Assembly (NCBI GenBank): GCA_036479435.1
Contig: JAZGFI010000103.1
Location: forward strand, 96,001 to 160,000
DNA from: Planctomycetota bacterium
Lineage (GTDB): Bacteria; Planctomycetota; GCA-002687715; DRQF01
Length of the DNA: 64,000 nucleotides
Direction: 5' to 3'
Shown: positions 1-9,371 of the stretch, in pieces
Position numbering within the stretch: position 1 is the first letter of the stretch
Layout: each line of letters starts with the position of its first letter
Made by a program: the position numbers and the translations under genes
Notes under the pieces: model-generated
Databases searched by the model: none
What the model saw: the letters and a program-made list of their open reading frames with translations, nothing else
Told to the model about the DNA's origin: nothing

Positions 1-255
1 GTGAAAGGCAACCCGGCGCGGAGCCCGCGGGCGATGGGCGAGCTTGCCGCCAAACTGATAACCGAGAGCTAAGGCGAACAGAATAACGCCGATGACGTTC
101 GTCCAGACAAAGCTGGAGCTGCCGAAATAGGGCTGCATGATGCGAGGTGCGGTGAGCTCAAAGAGCATGGTTCCCGCGCCCGCCGCGAAGGCAACAAACA
201 GCCAGCTCGTCAGCGACGGGCTGGCTTGAGAATCGCTTGACGTTGGTTCGCTCAC
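1..255 (-). CDS. N-terminal fragment of a fused MFS/spermidine-synthase-like membrane protein (runs off the window edge)
   Basis: Manual translation from GTG at 255: MSEPTSSDSQASPSLTSWLFVAFAAGAGTMLFELTAPRIMQPYFGSSSFVWTNVIGVILFALALGYQFGGKLA. The E..A.R...PYFGSS..VW..VIGV.L..LALGY..GG pattern is typical of that family's N-terminus. Confidence 0.75.
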   Translation of the reverse strand, partial: MSEPTSSDSQASPSLTSWLFVAFAAGAGTMLFELTAPRIMQPYFGSSSFVWTNVIGVILFALALGYQFGGKLAHRPRAPRRVAFH

Positions 256-277
256 GACGGCTGAGGATCGCAAGAGC

Positions 278-1867
278 CTAGCTCTTTTCCTCTTCCTTTT
301 TCTCATCGCCCTCTTCGGTTTTGGCGTTCTGCTCTGCAGGTGACAGCTCGGTCACGACGATTGTCGTCGTCTTAAAACGCACCGTATCGTAGGGGCGGCC
401 GCGCATCGACCTGATCATTTCCGACACTGATCGCGCCGGGATTTTGGCGATTACAGGGATTCCGTTGGCAAAGATCCGCACGGGGCGATCTAAGTCCAAT
501 ATCTCATCGTTCAAGAAGAAGGAGAGGCTGTGCACGCCGTCACCGGTCACGCGAATGGTATTCGCTTCCTTGTCGATCTCGAACAAGATGTCGATCGCAC
601 CTTCGTTTTTCTCGCGGCCAATGTCGTGCCCGTTGATGCGGACGTAAGAAGCAGATCTGAAGATCGGGTTGTCGGTCACAATCCGCATTTTGGGCGGATA
701 GGCTTCGAGTTTTTTGCCTTCAATGAAGGCGGCAATTTTGTCAGCCGCGTCCCACACGGGGTCAATGATCTGCCCCCCTAAGACCTTGGTGTTGAGCTTT
801 TCAGGCGCGTCGAGCTCGAGAATTTCGGCATTCCACTTTTGCTCCACAACGATCTTTTTGAAGGCGGCCCATTCTTCGGCGCGGGTCTTACCGTCGCGCT
901 CCTTTTTGTGCGGCTTGCGGTGGATCAGCAGCGTGGGCAGCTGGGCTAAACCGGGAAACAACGCCTTTTTTTGCAAGACGCCCTGTCGCGCAATCACTCC
1001 AGCGAAACTGTCGATGCCAAAAAGAGCGGCCAACTCTAATGCCATCGTCGCGCCTCGGCCGCTGCCTTCGACGAAAACCCGCTCAATATCGATGTTGAAG
1101 GACTGTTGCACCGTCCGTAACGGCCTGACCATCGCTTGGGCGTGCAGCGCATCGAACCACTTAAAATCGCGTTCCGCGGCGTTCTTGCTCTTTCTACTTT
1201 TGTCGGAAATAGTCGGCGCGATGATGATGAACTTGTCAGCAACGGCCCGAGTAGCTTTGTTCGCGAGCCAGACTTTGTTGATGTAGTCTTTGCCCGTGCC
1301 GTAGACGCGTGCAGATTTTCGGTCGTGGAAGCAGAGGATGACCGGCCAGGAGACCTTAGGGTCGTATTTTTTGGGAACCGAGACCGCATATTCAAACTCG
1401 ACGGCTTCGCCCTGGACTTTGAAGCTGACGCGGCTGACCGAAACGCCCTTTTTCATTTTCTTGGCTTTCATGCGCGCCGTGTGATGCTCGGCGTGCAGGG
1501 TATTCCAGGCTTCCGTGTCGGCGAGCGCGTCGCCTACCCCCTTTTTCTCGGACCATTTCTCCAAGGCCTCGCGGAGTTTTCGTACGCCGCTATTGTTCCC
1601 CTTTTCCATCGCCTTTAGGTAGAGCGGACGGATCATCTTCAGGTCGCCTTTGGAGAGTTTGGCTTTCGGTTTCGATTCCGATTTTTCTTGGTCCTGAGCC
1701 CTTAGGGTCGTGGCTGCCAACATGAGACCAGCCAGCGCTAGCCCTAGTGAAAACAAGCTGAACCATCTCGGCTGGCAAGGCGATGAGTCTGGGGTTGAGT
1801 TTGAGTCTGAGTCTGAATTCATTGGGAACGATTCGCCCTGGCGGTGTGCGGTGAAGGCGCTGGTCAT
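278..1867 (-). CDS. Exported alpha/beta-hydrolase-fold protein (esterase/peptidase-like), nucleophile elbow degenerate
   Basis: Signal-peptide-like segment (LFSLGLALAGLMLAATTLRA). Motifs 'YAVSVPKKYDPKVSWPVILCFH', 'IDIERVFVEGSGRG' and C-terminal 'LNDEILDLDRPVRIFANG'. The true start may be the later Met (MNSDS). Confidence 0.65.
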   Translation of the reverse strand: MTSAFTAHRQGESFPMNSDSDSNSTPDSSPCQPRWFSLFSLGLALAGLMLAATTLRAQDQEKSESKPKAKLSKGDLKMIRPLYLKAMEKGNNSGVRKLREALEKWSEKKGVGDALADTEAWNTLHAEHHTARMKAKKMKKGVSVSRVSFKVQGEAVEFEYAVSVPKKYDPKVSWPVILCFHDRKSARVYGTGKDYINKVWLANKATRAVADKFIIIAPTISDKSRKSKNAAERDFKWFDALHAQAMVRPLRTVQQSFNIDIERVFVEGSGRGATMALELAALFGIDSFAGVIARQGVLQKKALFPGLAQLPTLLIHRKPHKKERDGKTRAEEWAAFKKIVVEQKWNAEILELDAPEKLNTKVLGGQIIDPVWDAADKIAAFIEGKKLEAYPPKMRIVTDNPIFRSASYVRINGHDIGREKNEGAIDILFEIDKEANTIRVTGDGVHSLSFFLNDEILDLDRPVRIFANGIPVIAKIPARSVSEMIRSMRGRPYDTVRFKTTTIVVTELSPAEQNAKTEEGDEKKEEEKS

Positions 1868-1932
1868 TTTTTGCTTACTCCTCGTGCGAGAGTCGAAATT
1901 CTATCGGGGGCGGTGTGAAGCCGCAAATCCCC

Positions 1933-3564
1933 TCAACTTCCGCGCTTTCGGTTCTTGATTTGACCCAGATAATACAGGCTGCGCCAACGTGGGCTCTTTG
2001 CTCCCGCTTTCCGTGACCGCCTCACGACCTCCTCGAAGGCTGCGGCGGCCAAAAGGTCACGGTTTTGGCCAAAGTAAAGGACTCCGAGGTTTTCACGCGC
2101 ATCGAGATGGCTCACGTCGTGGTCCAAGGCCATCACAAAGGCCGCTTGAGCATCCTTGATACGTTTCACTCCGTTTAAGCAGAGACCATAGTCGTTATAG
2201 AAACTGGACAAACGATCAGGGGTATCCCTGGCGGTCCGACAGAGGCTCTCGAAGATGGCGACGGCGTCATCGAGTTTTCCGAGATTTTTCAACAAATTGG
2301 CGTAATTGGCCCGAAAACTCGCATTCTCGGGCGCGGCGGCTTGCAGGAGTTCCTGCACGGAAACCGCCGCGGCGTAGTCTCGCTTGTCGACATAGGCTTT
2401 GACGACCCAGTTAGCACTGTCTTGGAGGTTTGTGTCGCCGGGGTGATCGCCAAGAGCCTTGCGGATCACGACGTGCGCTTCGGCCTGTTGGCCCAATTGA
2501 AGCAGTGCCGTCACCAGGTATCGCGGGGCGCTGGCGTTTTGGGGCCAACTTTTCAACACCCTTCGAGCGCTGGCCGCGGACTTTTCGAAATCGCTCGCCA
2601 ATCCGTAGGTAAGGCTGAGGTAAAACTCAGGTAGCGGATCGTCAGCGCCTTTTCGCGCCTCGGCTTCAAACGCCCTTCTGCGGGCGGCAAGAGCATTCCC
2701 CTGGAGCCAGTAGCGCTCCAAAATTGACCAAGGTTCGTAGCGCCCCAACTCGGCCGCCTTGGGTACAAGCTCGGCGAACATCTCGCCGGCAGCCTGGTAC
2801 CGCTCTAGCCTCACGAGCACTTCGAGCCGGCGGATGAGATGTTGGTAACGGCGATCACCTATTTGGATGGCCGCATCGCTAACCCTCAAGAAGCGATCGA
2901 ACTTCCCGGCCAAAAAGCAACTGGCCAACTCCAAGTTGAGCAGGGCTTTTGCATCGTGTTGGCCCTTGGCTTCGTCGACTTCAGCTAAGGCGCGCGCGTA
3001 GCGCCCCGCGGTCAAAAAACAGGTCGCAGCTTCAGCGTGATAAGCGCCCGTCGCCCCACTCTCTCCGTTCTTCAGAGCCGCTGACCGTCGCGCCGCATCT
3101 TGAAAGTGGATGCCCGCCTCAATGAGGTCGGTTTCATAGCCGGCACGGTTTTCTCGAAACTTGAGCATGCCCTTTCTTTGCTCAATGCGCGCGACCATTG
3201 CCCAGGGCTCGGCACGTTCTTCGTGGATCTTGGAGGCCTCGTAAAAAAGGCCCATGGAACGGCTCGACTCGTGCTGCGCAAACAGGGCCCTCCCGAGGCC
3301 CATGAGGTCATCGTAGCTTCGGCCAGCACTATGGATACGACGCTCAAAGGCGACAACGGCGTCGGCGAAATGGCCCGTCTCAAGCAGTGCACTTGCCGCC
3401 TTGTACGAAGGCGCTTGGACTTGTCCTGAGACCGGCAGAACGCCCGCCGCCAAGCCGGCGAATACCAAGATGAAGGGGACGAGGGTCCCGGGTTGTCTGG
3501 GCCTCAACATCGTCCAAGCCTCCCGCAAATTTGACTTGCTCACCTCGCCGGCAGATCTTGCCAC
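1933..3564 (-). CDS. Exported tetratricopeptide-repeat (TPR) protein
   Basis: Hydrophobic signal segment and multiple TPR-like helices (e.g. NYANLLKNLGKLDDAVAIFE, ARENLGVLYFGQ). The start may be ATG at 3510. Confidence 0.75.
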   Translation of the reverse strand: MARSAGEVSKSNLREAWTMLRPRQPGTLVPFILVFAGLAAGVLPVSGQVQAPSYKAASALLETGHFADAVVAFERRIHSAGRSYDDLMGLGRALFAQHESSRSMGLFYEASKIHEERAEPWAMVARIEQRKGMLKFRENRAGYETDLIEAGIHFQDAARRSAALKNGESGATGAYHAEAATCFLTAGRYARALAEVDEAKGQHDAKALLNLELASCFLAGKFDRFLRVSDAAIQIGDRRYQHLIRRLEVLVRLERYQAAGEMFAELVPKAAELGRYEPWSILERYWLQGNALAARRRAFEAEARKGADDPLPEFYLSLTYGLASDFEKSAASARRVLKSWPQNASAPRYLVTALLQLGQQAEAHVVIRKALGDHPGDTNLQDSANWVVKAYVDKRDYAAAVSVQELLQAAAPENASFRANYANLLKNLGKLDDAVAIFESLCRTARDTPDRLSSFYNDYGLCLNGVKRIKDAQAAFVMALDHDVSHLDARENLGVLYFGQNRDLLAAAAFEEVVRRSRKAGAKSPRWRSLYYLGQIKNRKRGS

Positions 3565-3775
3565 CGGAACGGCTGGCCGAGCGATTTCTTGCCACCTTGT
3601 TACCCGGGGGTGACGCCAATTGCCAATGGTGGATTGGCTGAGGCCTCAGCCCCCGGGAACCTTCCTTCCTCTCTGTTGCCTGTGAGCGCCGCCAAACGCT
3701 CTACTTCCCCGTTCTTCGGGGCGCTTTGACCGGCGTCACCGCCGAGAAAGCGCCAGACCGCGGAGTTTGTCCGGG

Positions 3776-3934
3776 CTTGTGCACTCGGGAACTAAGCAAG
3801 CGGCGTGCCGCGTTGCCCCTGTTTTGAGCTTGTGCACTAAGGAACTGAGCAAGCGACGCGCCGCGTTGCCCCTGTTTCAAACTTGTGCGCCAAGGAACTG
3901 AGCAAGCGGCGCGCCGCGTTGCCCGATTTAGAGG
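3776..3934. repeat. Tandem repeat, 3 imperfect copies of a 53-bp unit
   Basis: Units start at 3776, 3829 and 3882 (cttgtgcactcgggaactaagcaagcggcgtgccgcgttgcccctgttttgag and two variants). Each contains the near-palindrome GCAAGCGGCGCGCCGCGTTGC. Confidence 0.95.
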
Positions 3935-3946
3935 CCGTGCTATACT
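3919..3946 (+). promoter_or_regulatory. Putative sigma70 promoter of the dxr operon
   Basis: TTGCCC (3919-3924), 16-bp spacer, extended -10 TGcTATACT (hexamer at 3941-3946), about 80 bp upstream of the dxr ATG. Confidence 0.55.
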
Positions 3947-4028
3947 TTCTTTCAAGTTTCCGCGCGGAAACCGCCTGCAAACAAGCGCTTACGAATTTTC
4001 CGGAACCTATCAGGATCGACACCAGGCG

Positions 4029-5177
4029 ATGAAAAACATCGGCCTCTTTGGATCGACGGGATCCATCGGAACGAACACCCTCAAGATCGTCGACGACCAC
4101 GGCGATCTTTTTCGCTGCGGTGTGCTCGCCGCCGGACGCAAGGCTGGCGACCTCGCTAAACAAGCTCTGCGTTACCGGCCCGACACCCTGGTCATGGGCG
4201 ATCCCGAAGCCCTCCCCGAGTTGCGGGAACAGCTCGGAGCGGAAGCCTCATCCTTCAGGCTCTTGGCGGGACCCGAGGGCCTGCGCGAAGCGGCAGCTGA
4301 TCCCCGATTGGACGTCGTCCTCTCGGGTGTCACGGGAGCTCAGGGGCTCCCCGTCAGCCTCGGTGCTCTGGACGCCGGGACGCGTTTGGGATTGGCGAAC
4401 AAAGAATCCATGGTCATGGCGGGGCCCTTGTTGAACGCGCTCGCCAAGGAAAAAAACACGGAGATCATCCCGGTCGACAGTGAGCATTCAGCTCTTTTTC
4501 AGTGCCTGTTGACGGGCGAACGCGCCGACGTCAAAAAACTCATCCTAACGGCTTCGGGCGGACCTTTTCGCGAACTCCCCAAAGAGAAGTTCAGCGAGGT
4601 CACGGTCGAACAAGCCCTCAAGCACCCCACCTGGGACATGGGCCCTAAGATCACGGTCGACTCGGCCACGATGATGAACAAAGCACTCGAGATCGTCGAG
4701 GCGCGTTGGCTATTCGGACTGCCGCGAGAAAATCTCGATGTCGTCGTCCATCCCCAGTCCATCGTGCATTCGATGGTGCTGTGGCAAGACGGCAGCGTCA
4801 TCAGTCAGATGGGGGCACCCGACATGCGCATCCCCATTCAATACGCGCTCAGCTATCCAGACCGTTTGGACAGCCGTGTCGAAACCTACAGCCCCGCGAT
4901 CTTTGACGGCTTGAACTTTTACGAGGCCGACCTCGAACGATTTACGTCCATTAGGTTGGGCTTTCATGCGGCCGAACACGGCGGCACCTACGGGGCCGTC
5001 CTCAACGCTGCCAACGAAGCCGCGGTCGAGATGTTCTTCGCCCGCGAACTCGGTTTTCAGGGCATCTTCGATCGAGTCGAAGCCGTTATGGAAAAACACA
5101 TCCCCATTGCCGAACCCGATCTCGAGTCGATCCTCGAGGCGGACGCATGGGCCCGTGAGGAAATTCATCGATGCTGA
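4029..5177 (+). CDS. dxr: 1-deoxy-D-xylulose-5-phosphate reductoisomerase
   Basis: GSTGSIG, LANKES, PVDSEH, LTASGGPFR, HPTWDMGPKITVDSATMMNK and NAANE motifs. Start trimmed to ATG at 4029 (MKNIG). Confidence 0.97.
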   Translation: MKNIGLFGSTGSIGTNTLKIVDDHGDLFRCGVLAAGRKAGDLAKQALRYRPDTLVMGDPEALPELREQLGAEASSFRLLAGPEGLREAAADPRLDVVLSGVTGAQGLPVSLGALDAGTRLGLANKESMVMAGPLLNALAKEKNTEIIPVDSEHSALFQCLLTGERADVKKLILTASGGPFRELPKEKFSEVTVEQALKHPTWDMGPKITVDSATMMNKALEIVEARWLFGLPRENLDVVVHPQSIVHSMVLWQDGSVISQMGAPDMRIPIQYALSYPDRLDSRVETYSPAIFDGLNFYEADLERFTSIRLGFHAAEHGGTYGAVLNAANEAAVEMFFARELGFQGIFDRVEAVMEKHIPIAEPDLESILEADAWAREEIHRC

Positions 5178-7003
5178 CCATTGTCTACAGCCTTATGGTG
5201 GTCATCGCCGTAGGCTTGCTCATTTTTGTCCACGAACTCGGGCACTTTTTGGTCGCCAAAAAAGTTGGCATCCGAGTCGAGGCCTTCGCATTGGGTTTTG
5301 GCCCCCGGATCTTCGGCTTCACTCGGGGTGATACCGAATACAAACTCTGCGCCGTGCCATTGGGTGGCTACGTCAAGATGTTTGGCGAAATCCCCGGCGA
5401 AAGCGATGTTCGTGACCCTGGAGCCTTTAACAACAAGACGATCTCACAGCGTGCCTGGGTCATCTCGGCGGGCGTGATCATGAACGTGATCTTTGCCTTC
5501 ATTCTCTTTCCCTTGGCCTTCAGCATCGGCGTTCCCTTCGACGCGCCCATCGTCGGTGCGGTGACACCAGGCGGGCCAGCTTGGCAGGCAGGTTTGCGCC
5601 GCGGTGACGAAATCGTTGCCATCGATGGCAACGAAGTCTACGGCTTTAACGACATCCGTGTCGCGGTGGCCTTCGGCGACGGACCGAGTGAATTTAAGGT
5701 CAAACGCAAAGGTGTGGAACTCGTCAAGACCGTGACGCCAATCTATAACGATGGCGCTGGCTACAACGTGATCGGAATCAGTGGCCAACGAGGGTTGCCG
5801 CGATTCGCAAAGAACGCGAAAGCCCTTGACGCCGGAATCAAAGAGACCGACGCCGTGGTCGCGATCAACGGGGTGTCGCTGACGAACGTCAGTTTCTTTG
5901 AGCAAATGGCCGAAGGACTCATCGACCCCTCGGCGAGTTCATTAGTTTTTACCGTGCGGGATGCCGAGGATGAAAACGCCCCCACGCGCGACGTGGAAGT
6001 CCCGGCCGATCTTGGCCCTATTGGTGATCGGCCCTCTTTTTGGGCTGGAGTGCGGTTTTCATTGTTAAGGGTCAAGGCCCTAGCCGAGGTCGACAAGCGC
6101 GCTGGCTTCGCCGCGTCGCTGGGCCTTAAGCCCAAGGACATCTTTCGAAGCGTCAACGGAAAACCGGTGTTCAGTCCTTATTCTCTGCGCCGAGCCATCG
6201 AAGGTCTATCTGACGCAGCGGTGGCCAAACTCGACGTTGAGCGCGATGGCACCGTGAGAGAATTCACCTTTGTTAAGGCTGCGGATAGCGCCGACGAGTT
6301 GTTGGATTCGATGTCCCTCGATGCGGACGGCGTTCGAATCGAGATCATTCCCGACGGGCCGGCGGCAAAAGGTGGCTTGCAGGACGGCGACCGTATCGTC
6401 GCCGCCGCCGGTGAGGAACTAAGCCAAGACAATCGCGGCAAAGAAGCCTTCGCCGCCGCGATAGGGGCTTCGAGAGGATCACCGCTGGCCGTTCGCGTCG
6501 AACGCAATGGCGAAGTCCTCGACCTCACGATCCCCGTAACCGAACGTCTCTACAACCGAACCCTTCAAGATCTGCAATCACCGCCGCTCCATCGCAAAGT
6601 GAAGGTTCCCTTCCCAGAGTCGCTCGCCGTTGGCAGTAAGCAAACCTGGAATCAACTGGTCAATATCGTGTTGTCCTTGCGCTCGCTCATCACCGGCAAG
6701 GTCGCGGCCAAAAACATGGGCGGGATCATCTCGATCGCGGTCATCAGCTATTCTTTCGCCGAACAGGGAATTGCCAAGATCTTGTTTTTCATGGCGATCT
6801 TAAGCCTCAATCTCGCCATCTTGAATATCTTGCCGATCCCGGTATTGGACGGTGGGCACCTCATGTTCTTGATCTTGGAAAAGATCAAAGGTGGTCCCTT
6901 GAGCGATCGCGCGATGGGAATGGCCAACCTCGGCGGCATGGTGCTCATCGTGGGCTTGATGGTGTTTGTGACCTTCAACGACGTCATGCGCCACTTCTTT
7001 TAG
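5171..7003 (+). CDS. rseP: RIP metalloprotease RseP (M50) with several PDZ domains
   Basis: HELGH zinc motif, PLGGYVKM, NILPIPVLDGGH. Overlaps the dxr stop, the canonical dxr-rseP synteny. Confidence 0.93.
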   Translation: MLTIVYSLMVVIAVGLLIFVHELGHFLVAKKVGIRVEAFALGFGPRIFGFTRGDTEYKLCAVPLGGYVKMFGEIPGESDVRDPGAFNNKTISQRAWVISAGVIMNVIFAFILFPLAFSIGVPFDAPIVGAVTPGGPAWQAGLRRGDEIVAIDGNEVYGFNDIRVAVAFGDGPSEFKVKRKGVELVKTVTPIYNDGAGYNVIGISGQRGLPRFAKNAKALDAGIKETDAVVAINGVSLTNVSFFEQMAEGLIDPSASSLVFTVRDAEDENAPTRDVEVPADLGPIGDRPSFWAGVRFSLLRVKALAEVDKRAGFAASLGLKPKDIFRSVNGKPVFSPYSLRRAIEGLSDAAVAKLDVERDGTVREFTFVKAADSADELLDSMSLDADGVRIEIIPDGPAAKGGLQDGDRIVAAAGEELSQDNRGKEAFAAAIGASRGSPLAVRVERNGEVLDLTIPVTERLYNRTLQDLQSPPLHRKVKVPFPESLAVGSKQTWNQLVNIVLSLRSLITGKVAAKNMGGIISIAVISYSFAEQGIAKILFFMAILSLNLAILNILPIPVLDGGHLMFLILEKIKGGPLSDRAMGMANLGGMVLIVGLMVFVTFNDVMRHFF

Positions 7004-7036
7004 GTCGTTCCAAGACATGAAGGTCGTGACCCATAC

Positions 7037-7936
7037 ATGAAGACTTGGTTTCGCCTCGTCCGGCTTCCCAACGCCCTCACTACGGTGGCGGACGTGTTGG
7101 TCGGGGCATCCCTGGCCGGAGTTGGCCTCGAGGCTTTGGGCGCTGCCCCTAAGTTCATGGTCTTCGCCGCGCTGACCACGGTCTGTCTTTATGCGGCGGG
7201 GATGGCACTCAACGATCTCGCGGATATCGAGAAAGACCGCGACCTTTACCCCGAGCGTCCCTTGCCTTCGGCGGCTCTTTCACTGGGCACGGTGCGCTTG
7301 GTCATCTTGTTGTTGACCGCGATCGCTTTCGTTTGCGCCGCCGTCATTTCGACCTCCGCGATCTGGGTGGTGGCCGCACTTTGTTTAGCGATCGTTAGCT
7401 ACGACTTGTGGTGGAAGGACCGGGTTTGGCTGGCCCCGCTCTCAATGGGAGCCTGCCGTGCTTTGTCGATGGGCATGGGTGTCGTGGCGGGGATGGCAGT
7501 GAATGCGTCCACGGCCTCAGGCCCCAGCCCTTTTCCAAATGCCTGGTGGCAGGGATGCGTAGCCTACGGTTACCTCGTTGCCGTCATCACTTTCGTCTCT
7601 TCTTTTGAGGACCAAGAGCCCGACCCGCAGCGCCGTGATTTAGCCCGCGGAGCTCTGTTCGCGGCTTGGCTGTTCCCGATTTTCCTGAACCCGGGCGGTC
7701 CTTTTGGGATGGCAATTGTGGTCGTGGGCGTTGTTGCCGCAACCTGGGTGCTGAGTCCTTCCTTCAAAAAGCCCGTTGTTTGGGGTCTCGTCGTTCGCAA
7801 CGGAGTCTTCACGCTGGTGTTTTTTGGCGCGCTCTTGGCGTTTTCAGTTGAAGCTCCAGTGTTGGCCCTCGCCGCGGCGATCGTCTTTCCCATCGTGCGC
7901 CTTTGCGCAAAAAGCTTGGCGCAAGTCGGATCTTAG
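7037..7936 (+). CDS. UbiA-family prenyltransferase (EboC-like)
   Basis: RLPNALT.VADV, NDLADIEKD Asp-rich motif, PERPLPS, MGACRAL and multiple TM helices. Confidence 0.8.
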   Translation: MKTWFRLVRLPNALTTVADVLVGASLAGVGLEALGAAPKFMVFAALTTVCLYAAGMALNDLADIEKDRDLYPERPLPSAALSLGTVRLVILLLTAIAFVCAAVISTSAIWVVAALCLAIVSYDLWWKDRVWLAPLSMGACRALSMGMGVVAGMAVNASTASGPSPFPNAWWQGCVAYGYLVAVITFVSSFEDQEPDPQRRDLARGALFAAWLFPIFLNPGGPFGMAIVVVGVVAATWVLSPSFKKPVVWGLVVRNGVFTLVFFGALLAFSVEAPVLALAAAIVFPIVRLCAKSLAQVGS

Positions 7937-7947
7937 TGGGCTGCAGT

Positions 7948-9270
7948 CTAGTTGTCGGTAGCGAGTCGGTCCTTGACGTAGGCCACCGCATCGTGGTGAT
8001 CCGCCAGCTTGCCTTCCAACTGAAGAAATCGGATTCGGCGCAGCCAAGCACCCAAGGCTCTGCCCTTGGGAATCCCCAAGGCAATCGCTTCATCGCCCCG
8101 CAACAAGGGTTTGGGAAGTTCAGTCCAAGATAGGCTCGACAAGGTCGGGGTCGGTGTCGCCTCAAGAGCACCGTCGCCGGGTGAGGCTCGCAACTGCAAC
8201 TCGCGAAACAGCATGAGCTCCGCAAAACTGTCCGTGGCGCTGACGATCTTGAGCCTAGCTTTCGAGGGTCGGAGAGCAAACAAGAGTCGATCCCGCATGC
8301 CGATGAGCCGTCCCACTTCTTGTTGGAGTTTTTTGGGAGCTCGCAATCGGTTCAGGACGGCTCGGGCCGCTTTGGCACGTTTCGTCGGATAGTCATCGAT
8401 GAGGTCATCGAGCATTAGCGCCCAAATCACGGTGGCCGGCAGGGGTTTTTCACTGGGGGTCAAAGTTCCAAGAATAAACCGCAATCGATCCAGGGGTGAA
8501 GGCCATCTTGGCACGCTTGGAGAATCTGGGCTGGGCTGCAGCCGTTCCTCCAAGACAACTTCACCCTTGCGCGCGACCTCGGGCAAGACCACCTTCAAAA
8601 CTCGGTGTTCTTCCAAGATTCGAAGTGCCGCTGAGGGATCACGTTCACAAAAAAGGCGATCGATCTCGGAGAAGACTCGCTCGGCACTAGGATCGGCGGC
8701 GTGACTCGCCATGTCTTGAATGGCTGCCGCGGTCTCCGCCTCGATTTTGAAATCGAGCCGCGTCGCGAATCTGAGAGCTCTCAAGATTCTCAATCGGTCT
8801 TCGCTAAAGCGCGCCTTGGCGTCACCGATAGCGCGGACGACGCCCGCCGCGAGGTCTTTTTTCCCGCCGACATAGTCTAGGACTTCCCCGGTCTCAGGCT
8901 TCATGAGCAGGCCGTTGATCGTGAAGTCCCGACGTTCGACGTCCTCACGAGCGGTGCTAAAAGTCACTTCGACCGGACGGCGTCCGTCGATGTAGGCGCC
9001 GTCGTTGCGAAAAGTCGCCACTTCAAACGAGTGCTCGCCGGAGCCCACGACAATGACGCCGAACTGTTTCCCGACGGCAATCGTCCGGCGAAACAAGCGT
9101 TCAACTTGTTCGGGGTGCGCCGAGGTCGCCAGATCTAGGTCATTCGGCTCGCGGCCCAGCAGGAGATCGCGCACACAACCGCCGGCGAAAAAGACCTCAA
9201 ATCCGTTCTCGGCCAGTTGAGCTGCGACTTTGCGAGCTTCGCGAAACAAATCGGTATCGGGGACTTCCAT
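7948..9270 (-). CDS. cca: tRNA nucleotidyltransferase (CCA-adding enzyme / poly(A) polymerase family)
   Basis: GGCVRDLLLG, DLDLAT, EVATFR, RRDFTIN and EDRLRILRALRF motifs. Confidence 0.88.
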   Translation of the reverse strand: MEVPDTDLFREARKVAAQLAENGFEVFFAGGCVRDLLLGREPNDLDLATSAHPEQVERLFRRTIAVGKQFGVIVVGSGEHSFEVATFRNDGAYIDGRRPVEVTFSTAREDVERRDFTINGLLMKPETGEVLDYVGGKKDLAAGVVRAIGDAKARFSEDRLRILRALRFATRLDFKIEAETAAAIQDMASHAADPSAERVFSEIDRLFCERDPSAALRILEEHRVLKVVLPEVARKGEVVLEERLQPSPDSPSVPRWPSPLDRLRFILGTLTPSEKPLPATVIWALMLDDLIDDYPTKRAKAARAVLNRLRAPKKLQQEVGRLIGMRDRLLFALRPSKARLKIVSATDSFAELMLFRELQLRASPGDGALEATPTPTLSSLSWTELPKPLLRGDEAIALGIPKGRALGAWLRRIRFLQLEGKLADHHDAVAYVKDRLATDN

Positions 9271-9371
9271 GCCAAGATGATAATAAGGCCGGGTCTTCCG
9301 GCCCAGATGCAGAAACCGCCTTCGCGATTCACGGTTCGAGTTTTCTGCTGAAATCGTTATTCTGACGGGAC

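Noticed and set aside
3776..3934. CRISPR array interpretation of the 53-bp repeats
   Set aside because: The whole unit is repeated with no unique spacers, there are only three copies, and no cas genes are in the window.
3885..4028. N-terminal extension of Dxr in the ORF track
   Set aside because: It runs through the tandem repeat and promoter; Dxr homology starts at MKNIG (4029).
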